A stretch of 64,000 bases of DNA from Raillietiella orientalis (Eukaryota). Made by a program: the position numbers and the translations under genes. Location of the stretch: assembly GCA_036172245.1 (NCBI GenBank), contig JAYWIR010000001.1, forward strand, positions 2,294,001-2,358,000. Reading direction: 5' to 3'. The notes under the pieces were generated by a model. The model searched no databases. It saw only the letters and a program-made list of their open reading frames with translations, and was not told the DNA's origin. Shown one piece after another: positions 12,114 to 22,960 of this stretch (the stretch's first letter is position 1; each line of letters starts with the position of its first letter).

Positions 12114-13749
12114 TCCAAGGAAGTCCTTCTAGGTGTGGATGACCCATTGCGTGCCAAGCTGGGAACCCTGTAGCAACCGTATCATCCATGGAAAGCAGCT
12201 ATTCATGGCAGTTGATGAACTCCCTGTTCAGGGCAAAGCTTTGGAACTGCACCGGATTTATAATGATTATAATAATTATTTTTTTAAGCAGGGACCACCG
12301 ACTCTCTGTGGGCGATCCGTCCATGCTGTAAAGTACCAAAGAGGAAAGGATCGGTTTTTCTCTCGTAACAGAAGGACCTGACATATTTCAAATCCATGAA
12401 CGCAAGAGTCATCATTTGTAGGCACAAGCTTGGCTGGAAAACGCGGGCAAGGTTTCATTCGTGCCTGTGTTTGCCAATGATTTGCCGGAGTGTACAACCT
12501 GTCACCAGGGGATTCCGCATCATCTTTACTGTCTGATTCTCCTCTCCATTCCATCCTTTACTTGAGACCGTGGCCCTCATGAGGGTTTCTTTATCTCTGT
12601 TTGTGGTTTAATCTATGATTGCAGCAAACCTCTCTGGAGCAGCATATGTCAGAGTGCATCATTTTCTTCCTTATACACTCCATACGCCTTTTAGGGGATC
12701 TTCACGCGTGTCTTAGTGCTTCGCCTTTTCCTCAGTGAACCTAGGAATGCTGCTACGATGCTGGTCCCTTATCGGTGGAATCAAAAGCCGGTTCTCTGCG
12801 TTCGCTTTGACGCCCTCATCGCTCCTGCTCTGGTTCCTCAGAAAGGATTTTTGGGTCCACTGTTTCTTGTCACTCCGGATTTGGTGGTAGCTGGGAATCT
12901 GTTCCGGATGTGGGTTGACTTTTTGTTGTCTCTTCAGCGGCGCTGGCGGCGATAGGAGCTCCAGACGGTCGCCCCGGCAGTTAGACGTCAGCGCTCTAGC
13001 AGTCTCCCGTGCTCTAGCAGAGGTCGGAGATGATGCAAACGTTGCCCTTCTCGTGCGTGATGCTCTTGCTGTTGCTGGTAAAGCGCCGGTGCATGTCTCA
13101 CCCACACGCCTCGCCTGCTGGCTTGTCGAGCTGGCTTCTCAGGAGGTGCTTGCGGGCGCGCAGCTGGGCGGCGACGACATCTTTCTTGGTACGCCCACAG
13201 AACACAACAATCTTCCGGAAGGTAAAGCACAGGCTGCGCGCATTCAGATGCTCCCTCACGCAGGCGTCCGTTTGGATCTTCGGGTACATATGCGTCTGGG
13301 GGTTCCTGTGGATCAGCACCCACCTGCGACTGGAAGCTCGTCCTCATACCAGTCGATCTCCTTGGGGATCAGCGCTCTCGGCGAAGAACGGAGATCATCC
13401 CGACCGGGAGTTTTCAGAGGCGACTAAGGCGGGACGGTCGCGGACGTAGGTTGATTAGAGGGAATCAATCCCCACTTTTCTCGCCTATCCCCGATGATCT
13501 AAGCTGGAAGCTCGATGTTTGTCTCCGTGACTGTTCGCTCGTTCCAGACCGAGGACGGAGACGTTCTTCTTATGGCACGCCTCCTTGTTTCCTCCTCCCT
13601 CTCTTCTTCCCCTCCCTCCCTTCCTCCTTTCCCTCCCTCCCTTCCTCCTCCTTTTCTCTTCCTTCTCCTCGATACATGACATAAGCGTCATCTCTGGTAG
13701 GAGCTGCTCGCACGGGCATCAAACTTAATCGATTCGGAATGAAGTAGTC

Positions 13750-15030
13750 TTGAGTTTCCACCGTGGGAGAAGAAACGCTTCACTGCACACTACCGTTCTA
13801 CACTGGAGAGGCTGACCCTTGGTCAGGGTCAACGAAGGAAAGCCCAGATTCCTTGTATGAACTGTGCTCGATGGAGAGACTATTTTTATCTCCACGTTCA
13901 GAGCCACACCCTTCATCGTGATGGTGAATGTACTCTCCCATCATACCGTTCGTTACTTTGGAAGAGGCTGATCTCCCGCTGTTCGAACGCTCCTGATGTC
14001 TTTCCTGGATCTGTCTTAACTTGTCGTCGACGAACCCTCACACGGGTGCTTCCCGAGTCCTCACTCGTGGAAGGGGCGCATGGTCTTTTCATCATCACCG
14101 TTCGTAGTGTTTCTCGAGAGAACTTTCGCCCACTGTCCCGGTGACACAAGAAGCCTCCAGTAATTGTCGGATAAGCCTTGCAGAACGAATTCGGAAGATG
14201 CAGGCGTCTTATATGCGATCAGCATATACGCAATCGCACAAAAGTTATGTCTTCCAAGTTGGTCGCATGTAGCAATTCCTCAAGGGTGGTCCTACCGTCC
14301 AGGAAGTTCCAGTCTGCTCTGCTGAACGCTTCCCACTGTTCCTAGTGTATTAGACTAAGAAAGAAGGATGCTTACGAGAGATCCTTTTTTTTTGTTGCCA
14401 TGGAGAGAATGGGCTGTTCCTTGTGGCCATTGCTTTGGCCAGGATTTGCCACCTGGTGAGTCCATGACAGGAAGAAGGTTTTCCTGGGTGTTTGCATGCA
14501 TACGCAAGGGTAGGGATGTCTTGTCTGCAAATTTCCTGACTCATCTTCGCAGTGTTCCCTCAAAGTAGCAGTCTAGCTGCCTTGCAAAACTAGCGTGGTA
14601 TTCGGAGGCGTCCACAAAGTTCCTTTCCTCTTTCCCCGAAGAGTGTGCTCGGATCATCTCGAAAGTTCTCTTTTCGGACTCGGAAAATTCTTCCCACTGC
14701 CGATCGAAGAACCGGAATCAAAGTAGGGCATTTCTGCTTCACTCTCCTGCGAGTCTGGATCTTTCTTAGAGCTTACGATTACTTTGTACAAAAGCAGACG
14801 CATGCTTGTACAGTATCTTTGACATTACCTCTTTGGAGATTTCCCCCGCTTCGTTCTCCAATAGGGTCGCGTGCTCATGCGGTGGCACTGTGCCAAGTGC
14901 ATTTACCAAGTTGATAGATGCAATGCAGATTTCCGATGAGAATCTCCTCGAGTCCTTCGATTTGATGCGAAGGGCACGAAGATTCCATCTGACGGAAAGA
15001 ATCTCTTTTGCTGCGGACAAATGACCTGAC
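13750..15030 (-). pseudogene. Degenerate NACHT-like NTPase relic 2
   Basis: Walker A-like LLPVMDSPGGKS/LAKAMA (~14480-14420), possible Walker B remnant (~14235-14200) and a GFVDDKL segment (~14040-14015). Many stops and frameshifts. Confidence 0.35.
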
Positions 15031-15871
15031 TGTCTACATCCTCCCGGCATTCTTGAGAAGCACTAGGCGGATAAGCAATATCTACTGTCGCCCATTTTCT
15101 TCATTCTCCACCTCCCTTCTTCTTCCTCTTCCTTCCTTCCTTCCTCCTCCTTCATTCCCCCTCTTCCTCCTCCCATCCTTTGTATGTTGTTTCATAAAAT
15201 CCCTACTTTGTGCAGAGGCCAACTTTCTCACCCGAAAGGATGCAACGTTCACTGGGAACATCATACCATTCTCCTCCAACTTTATGCTTCCTTCTGATTT
15301 GTCATCAACCTCGGTATTCATTCCAAAGGCTCAAAGATTCTCGAATCTCTGCTGACAATCAATAAAGTTCATTCACGCAGCTGTCCCAGCAGAATTTCCC
15401 TGCACTTCCATATTGTCTTTTTCTCCCCTTGCAAATTCTTTCACCGCAGCCATCCGTTTGTAGCTGCACCATCCACCCAGTTTGCTTCTCCCAGATTTTT
15501 TCCGCTTCCTTGCCTTCATTGTTTATTTTTTCCTGTGGATCCGTGCACCACTGATTCTTCTTCTTCCCTTGCGTGTGCCCTCAGAATGCGTGCAAGAACA
15601 AAAAAAGAAACACTGGAACCGCAAGCTTCCCCCCTCCAAGCTTAGCAGCCGAAGAGACCGTTTGCACCACCATTTTCAGGACAACGGGATAGCGGCATCT
15701 CAGGAACCGCCATCTGGAAATCAAACGACCCAGAAATTTCGGGAATGCATGCAAACCCGCTCCTGCTAACTGAGTGAACCAATGGATTAGATGAAATACA
15801 TCTTTGTGATGCCTCTCTGATGAAAATCCTTTGAGGGTCTTCTGCTGTTCCCCTTTCAGCTTCTCTTCTGG

Positions 15872-16603
15872 TTTTCCTTTTTGTTTTTGGATAGCAAAGT
15901 ACTCAAGAGTCATTCATCTGACGGCTCACGGAACTCTTTAACGCTGTTTACGCCGCCCGGGGGGTACGTGGTGGCTCTTCAGGGTACCCGGGAAGAAACC
16001 ACCCTATGAATCCAGAGGAAGGAATCCGTTCCTCTTACGCTTGGTTGGGATCCCCGAAGGGACCCTTCGCTCTGGTTGTCTCCGAAGGCAACTCCGGAGG
16101 GAGGCCTTCCTGATTCTCTCCGCAGGGACCCTCCAGAGGAGGTCCCTCCTCGTTCCTTGTCCAAATGGAAATTTGGAAAGCATCCGCTCTTGGATTTCTT
16201 CTCCAGAGGGAACCACAAAGGGACGCTTCCAAATTTGCCTGAAGGGTCGCTTCCCGAAGGAAGCATCGCTCTTCTTCACACTCTGGAAAGGCGTCATCCA
16301 TCCGCCAGCTCCATGGTACGCGATCTATCTTCACAACCGGAAGAGGGAACTCAAAGGGAGCCGGCCCTTCGATTCCTGGAATGACCTCGGAGGGTCAACT
16401 TTTGATCCCGGACAATCAAGGAGGCCATCCGGTTTTCCACCAGTGCTTCACTGGAAGCCAGCCGAGGCCAGCCGGCGTCATCCTGAGAGCAAGACCCACG
16501 ACGCATTCCCCATTTCTCAAATGGTCGACCTTTCCCCGGGCGAAGTTCGAACCCGCAACGATTGGTACCACGCACACGGCCGCAAACGGAGGTATCTCTA
16601 TGC
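15872..16603 (-). mobile_element. SINE family A, near full-length copy
   Basis: tRNA-like head with B box (gcgggttcgaac, minus strand ~16545-16557), central GAAGGGAACC sub-repeats, conserved 3' tail, and T-rich (antisense A) tract at 15872-15888. Confidence 0.85.
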
Positions 16604-16625
16604 CCCGTGCATCTCTTATTTTTAC

Positions 16626-16761
16626 CCATTTGAAATTATTTTGCCATCTTGAAAAAAGTCTCCTTCCTCCCACATCCGCATCTGTTGCTTTGAACTTTTC
16701 TTGGATGTTGTCAATGCTCTGGGCATGTTCTTCGTCGGGCGGAATCTTCCAGCAAAGGAGT
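16626..16761 (-). other. Putative exon encoding a death-domain-like segment
   Basis: Bounded by TAG acceptor and GTAAAA donor on the minus strand. Open frame LLCWKIPPDEEHAQSIDNIQEKFKATDADVGGRRLFSRWQNNFKW fits the death-domain pattern IDxI-x(10-12)-LxxW. Confidence 0.35.
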
Positions 16762-17923
16762 CTAGATTGGATGACCAGGACAAGCATGAAGGCTTGAAAA
16801 CCCAGCTCCCAGATCTCCGGTTCTCTCATTGCCTATTCATCTGGGGGCTCCTAGATGTTGAATTCAATTAAGGATGAAGACAAGAGAGCAGCTTTGCTGA
16901 AACGGAAACGAGAGTCCTTGTGTTTCTGGGAAGCTTTTAGACGCGTCAGGAGAGCTCTCTTGAGAGCGCGCAACCTGCAGGATGATTATTTTCCTCACCT
17001 GAGCAGTACCAGATGCAAACGAGATGGGAGTCCACTATGGTGATAAGAATGCTTCAGGAGAACTTTTCTCGGCTGCCCTCCATCGTCATCTTCGGTCGGT
17101 GAAGCAGTGAGCCGTGTTACTCACCGCATGTGCCACAAGCAGAGACCTCACGCGTGTGCAGCGAACTTGACGTCTGCTGAAACTGAGGTGTTGCGATGCA
17201 TCTCGTCTGCGATGCCACCGGAAGGACATGGAATCAGGCAGCGTGGCTGAACGTGTAAGTCAGATGCACCGACCCATGACGTGCACCCATGAAGTCTAAT
17301 AGTCCAGAGGTAATAGGAGAAAGGAAAAGGTTGTTGAGAATGGCAGCTCTCAGGAACCAACGGATTCTCGGTCCTTGGAGTGCAGCTCTTGTCGGCAACG
17401 GTCTCTCAGGCTTGCTGGCTAGAGGACACCAAGAATTCGAATGCTGCGAGCGTTCTTATCTGGGATTCAGCGCACGTCACGTCACGTGAACATTCCACGA
17501 GATTCATTGGAAAGAATTGTCACAAAGCAGCAGAGGTGGCTAGCAGCTGAGTAGCTGTGGTGACCGGATAGCAGCGATACAAAGAAGCCCTAGAGGAATT
17601 TTTGAGCAGGATGCAAGATGAGGATCTGGGATACTCTGGGATCACTTCGCATCTTCCACTCTGAGGTGTCGGCACGCCATGCAGCCAGGCCGACTCTTCC
17701 TCCCGTGCGGGGAGAGCAGCAGGAATAGATGACTGCCCATGCCACGAGCCATGTGCCGCGTGGGGTGAGTGTACTGAATCACTGTACGAGGTATTCATAC
17801 TCTGTACACGGCGAGGTACGATGCGATTGTCGAAGAGTCAACACACACTTCCGAAGAACTGCCGAGTGTTCATTATTGGGGAAGCGCTCTGTAAATGAAT
17901 CACGAGATACATACACTTAATGT

Positions 17924-18054
17924 TCCGATCCATCATTTGCAAGTGAATGGTACCTGGAATCTGCAACGTATGCACCAAGATCAAACTCCATGGAAGGTCG
18001 CCGTTCCTCTCCTGACTAGAGCGAACGTTTTCCAAGAAACGAAACCTCTGTTCC
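17924..18054. repeat. 131-bp dispersed repeat, copy 1 (partner 20978-21108)
   Basis: tccgatccatcatttgcaagtgaatggtac...caccaagatcaaactccatggaaggtc...gttcctctcctgactag shared without indels. Confidence 0.9.
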
Positions 18055-18769
18055 AATTTTCCAAGGTACAGGAAGCTTGGACTGCTCTTCAGTTCGAGGT
18101 TCCCATGCGAAGTGGATCAGCTCTGGAGGCAACCAGAGACGCCGGTATTCAATCAAACATCGATCCCTTGGGAATTTTCAAGTAAATGTCCGCGATGAAG
18201 AGCTCATCTGAGCACGGAACGCTAGGAAATGGGGGAGGGGGGAGGGAGGAAACGAAATGAATCGAAGCCCATCCTGGAGATGCGAGTCGGAATTGCTCAG
18301 AAGATTGTTACCGATTCTGAGCACTGCTCGAAACAGCTGGGAAATGAATCCTGAGTTGTGGGGCCGTCGTGGGAGAAAGACCTTCTGCCCCGCCAGCCGG
18401 GGATTTCGAGCCCGATGAATTCCGCGCATCCGAGGTACAGCTGTTTCCGGGTTACCGGGAGGGGACATCGAGCCGCGGGAGCATCCATGGAAGGTACTTC
18501 CAGAGGTTCATTTGAAAAGTTTGGGAACTCCATGGTAGGGGATCATCAGGGATAGCACGGCTTCTTTCATTCACACGGTAGATCAGCTCTCGCACAGTGT
18601 ATCCTGAAACGAGTCCTGCTTCCCTGTTCTGGGAACGGCGATTTACTTTCTACTGCCTCCTGGGGATGTGGTAGTCGTTTCCTGAGCCACTCGAGCTCCA
18701 GAACCGACTTCTCAGTACTTCTTGGCACCTGACTCCTACAACCGGGGTAGCCGGGCAACCCAACATCAC

Positions 18770-19147
18770 GCTACCTAGGCAGGATCGTGGCGGCCTGGAG
18801 CAACGCCAGAGTACGCCAGGACGACATGGGCGCAATCCATTTGGGGAACCTCATCTTGAGGACAGCGTCAAGATGGCCCCTTCCGGGAATCCTGGAACAG
18901 GAAATTTCCGGCATCCTGGCAAGGATGCAGAGGACGCCCTCCAGCACGCAGTGATCCCTTCCTGAGTCTTTCCAATTTTTTTGCTTAATTTTATTTTTGT
19001 TCGGACCCTATCATTCCCCTCCGCTTTGCCGCCAAGCGAATCTCGCCGGTCTGCGTCCCGGTTCCCATCGATGCATCTGTGACCTGACAGGACCAAGCAC
19101 TCCGCCACTGACTTGTAAATAAACTCACCAGCGATCCCTGGTGTAAA
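18770..19147 (+). mobile_element. L1/Tx1-like LINE family 1, short 3' fragment
   Basis: ORF2 end (ggcctggagcaacgccaga...agatggcccc...ccggcatcctg), T-rich UTR, AATAAA at 19118-19123, terminal hairpin caccag/ctggtg followed by taaa. Confidence 0.8.
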
Positions 19148-20977
19148 GGCAACCCATCCATCCATAGCTGCAGCAGGTATAAGGATCTCCCGTGCAAGAC
19201 CCTCGAGATGAGAGCGGAGTTATCGAGAATCATCCAGATCTCCCTGATCCTCGATAGAAAGCTTTGGTTCTATTCTGGATGTGTCCTCCTATCTCCTGGA
19301 CGGAGCGTTCGAAGCGCACATCAGCTCAAAGTCACTGCAGTCGTCCAAACAGGATCCGATTGACTCCCAACTGATTTTTGAGGCCGCTCGAGGCTTCTGC
19401 CTGCTCAGGAGGGGCTCCACTCTTGCAACTTCCCGATCGCACGTCTGTTGGTGGTGTCCCCAAAAAGTCGGAAAGTGTCCGTCCCGATTCCTTCCGGGAG
19501 AACGTGACTTCCCTCCGCCCTGAACTCCTCGCTTCAGCTCACGGCCGCGTCCCTCCATCTCCTGGCGGAACGAAATCCCTCACGCTCAAAAGGGAATGCT
19601 GCTGCTTCGGATGCGCGCGAACGAGTATCAGTTTGCCGGCGACAAACCAATTCGGTTCCGCCGCTGATCAGAGATTCTCCCTTCCTTCTTCAAGTGACAG
19701 CATTGATTGAGATTTCCCTCGCCTATGGAAATTGTTTATGATTCATGAAGCGGTAGATAAAACAGGAGGCATTACGTAGTCAGGGAAGAGAAAAAAAAAA
19801 TAAAAACGGCCTTTTCAAGATCTTGGAGGTTCCTTCCAGGAAGAGTGAGTTACTCTGATTTCAATAATCAGCTCTGCAGTAACCTCAGTCCTCGATAACG
19901 CTTAATAATGGCGCTTGCTGGAGCAGCCGCTTCCCCTGCAGGGGAGAAGACAAAGAATTCACACGCTTCCTCCTCTGCCTTATTTTTTTTTTTTTGCCCT
20001 TTCTGTACCGTGCAGGAGAAGCGGGAGAGCTTGACAAGGAGCTCAGTCAGTTCTTCGCTGCAGTTAACCAGTTCGACCACCGCGGCGAGTGTACCAGTGC
20101 CCTCAAGGAACGGGAAGACAAGTGCCAGAAGACGACGAGCCGTGACACGGTGCTGGACACGTGACATATGCACAGCTGTTGCGTGTCCCAGTTCCGGGAA
20201 CGACCGCTGCGGCTCCGGTTCACGGAGGACCCATCCGCGCGCGAGCGTGTTGGTCGTTCCCTACTCCGAGAAGCCGCGCCATATTGCCGCAGGCCTCCAT
20301 CTGAAACTCAACTTCTCTCATGTCGAATTAAACTGCTTTTTTTTTTTTTATTATCTTCTCGAGAGGCGATTTTTCATGTGTGAAGATGATTTATGTCCCT
20401 GGCATCTTTTCATAAATCGCCGAGCTACAAAGCTCTTGTATGAATAGAAGATTAGCTGGTTCGTTTGAACTTCATAAATGGGAAATGAAATTTGCTGGAG
20501 AGGTGAAAGAAACATCGGAAAAGTTGCGCGCGCCCTCCGTGTGAGCCGCGCCGCGCCGAGCTCGCGGTTTGCCGAAGGCGAAGAGGGGAGTCCAAACCCA
20601 CCGAGAAAAATGCCGCCTTCATCCTGAAGCACCTCCCCGATCGTCAACCGTTGCTTGGAAGCTGGCGCCGCGGAAGTAATGATGACCAGAGATGTATCCC
20701 AGAATTTTCTCGGTTTAATTTAGATTTTCGGATAACAGCGACGCCAGTTTCATCCAGTTGACATCTGGTTGGTAAATCCAAAAAAAAGAAAATGTGCCTG
20801 TTGAAGACAAGCAGAAAGGAACCGCTGTCGCCGGCAGCTAAGCTGAGGTGCAAGAAGGGTAATGGCCTTTCCAAGGAAAGAAGCAGTTCCGCCAGCTACG
20901 TCCGTACGGCGCTGTACGGAGTGCTCCCGATTAAACGTACATTAACGTACATTAATCGCGGGGTGTACACTCCATGG

Positions 20978-21108
20978 TCCGATCCATCATTTGCAAGTGA
21001 ATGGTACGTGCAATCTGCGACGTGTGCACCAAGATCAAACTCCATGGAAGGTCACTGTTCCTCTCCTGACTAGCGCTAGTGCTTTCCAAGAAGTGGAACC
21101 TTTGTTCC
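20978..21108. repeat. 131-bp dispersed repeat, copy 2 (partner 17924-18054)
   Basis: Colinear with 17924-18054. Confidence 0.9.
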
Positions 21109-21225
21109 GGTCTTCAAGCCCTGACCAGAACGAAGGCTGCTGTGTGCTAGCACCATGTTATAAGCACCACCCGAGTTGCACTTTTGCAGAGCAAAGTCTG
21201 GCTTCAGGTCGGCACGTTGGTTGGC

Positions 21226-22060
21226 TTGACACCCGGTTGCGCCGGCCGTTTATTTCTATAAAATAAACTCGCAAAGTCAGTGGCAGGATCAAGCGTCCGG
21301 CTACTGACTTGCGTTACAAATATAAGAGGAACCTGCCGTGAACCGGCGCGCAGACCGGCGAGTTTCGTCCCGGCAGCAAAGGGGAGGAAGGGGGGAGAAA
21401 CAAAATAAAAATAAAACAAAAAATCATAAATACAAAAAAATTGGGAAGGTTTGGGAAAAGATCACTGTCTGCTAAAGAGCTTCCTCTGCAACCTTTGCAG
21501 GACGCCGGCAAGTTCCTGTTTCAAGATTCCCAGATGGGGCCGTTTTGACGCTGTCCGCAAGAGGGCTGGAAAATAGATAGCGTCCCTATCGTTATAGCCT
21601 CTTCTGGCGTTGCCCCATGCAGTCACGATCCCGCGTAGGCAGCAAGGTCTGCTAGGGATGCGGTCGGCATGAGGGCGTCGTGCAGGAACTTCAGGCGCTT
21701 CAGAACGTCTCTGGGATTGCCCTTGGAGATCCGCAGGGACCCTTTGTCGCGTCCCAACGGATTGTGTTGCCCTCCGTCCCACAGGGGGACGGAGGGCAAC
21801 ACAATCTATCAGCAGATGCAGGAGGGATTCTCTTTCTCCGTACCTGCTGCACTTTGGACTCGCACTCCCCCGGGTCCAGTGGTGTCGGCACGGGAGGCCC
21901 CAATGCAACAGCAGGATCGCCGACTCTTGCCACTTTCGGGGAAGTGTTGCACTGCGATAACACATTGGGGGCCACTTCACCTCCTCCAGGGAGATTCTTG
22001 GCCGCCATGCCCTCAGGGCAAGAGAAGACAGTAGTCTACCGGCGAGGTGGGAGTTTTCCT
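21226..22060 (-). mobile_element. L1/Tx1-like LINE family 1, 3' fragment
   Basis: ORF 21462..22064 contains LLLHWGLPCRHHWTRGSASPKCSRYGERESLLHLLIDC (zf-RVT/CCHC knuckle typical of the L1/Tx1 ORF2 end). Structured 3' UTR with AATAAA and terminal hairpin. Confidence 0.85.
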
Positions 22061-22149
22061 GCAAACCGCGGGAACTACAAAACTCTTGGGTGGCTGGAAG
22101 GCGGGCAAGTTGGCAGATGCTGCCACTCCACGGACAACTGCTGCGCGAC

Positions 22150-22959
22150 TTGTTTGGTGGTGCGAACTGTTCAGTGTTGCAACCAAAGAACTAGTAGTCC
22201 TTCCAAACTGCGTAAATGCACCAGTGTTTCCGCTGAGCTGGAAACAGGACGTGCTGCTGTTTCCAGTACACTAGGAGATTCTGGTGCAACGAGCGGTAAC
22301 ACCGAATTTCCAGAGGGGTTGTTTCCCCTAACTGTGCGGGTCGACGGATTCGTTCCTGCACCTGCTTTTAGAATGCAGTGTTTTCTAGGAACTGTGGTGG
22401 AGACTGGCAGCAGCACTCCTGCGGCTGGAAAAAAACCGCTCGACATGTGCTGCGAAAGTTCTCTGCACCGAGAGGACTCGCGACTGGAGCGGTGATCGCA
22501 ACCATGGGCTGCATTCGCGCCATCGTCACAGCCCAAAATGTGTTGGAGACCACCATGTAGCGAAGGGATGTCACTACGATGGCAGCTGTCTACATCAGCG
22601 CGACTGCAAGGTGGCATCACTTGGAATGGTTAGGAACGGCCGAGTCCGGTGACCCTAGTCCCTCACCCTTCTTTATGTATTTATTCATTTTTTTATTCCC
22701 TATCCCTGTTCGCGCCGCAATTCTTTCAATGCTTTTTCTCTCGTTTGCATCCTGGTGCATGTGATACGAATCCAAAGATTCCTGCCCCATCTCATCTAAT
22801 CAATTTATTTTTGTTTCCTCATTGTCCCTCCCCCATTTTTCGTGCTCTCGGCCCGCGTGCCTATGGAACCTCATCTTTGTTTCTCGTACTCGTCGGTTAG
22901 GAACTTCCATTCCTAACTGGTTAATTTTAATAAACGCTCCGGCGTGACCGGGTGATAAA
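22150..22959 (+). mobile_element. L1/Tx1-like LINE family 2, 3' fragment
   Basis: Peptide GAVIATMGCIRAIVTAQNVLET is homologous to the minus-strand copy at 53.2-53.4 kb. T-rich UTR, AATAAA at 22929-22934, and the same terminal hairpin as family 1. Confidence 0.65.
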
Positions 22960-22960
22960 T

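Noticed and set aside
16030..16270. CRISPR-like array from recurring GAAGGGAACCC units
   Set aside because: Units are degenerate and irregularly spaced, lie inside a dispersed eukaryotic SINE, and no cas genes are present.
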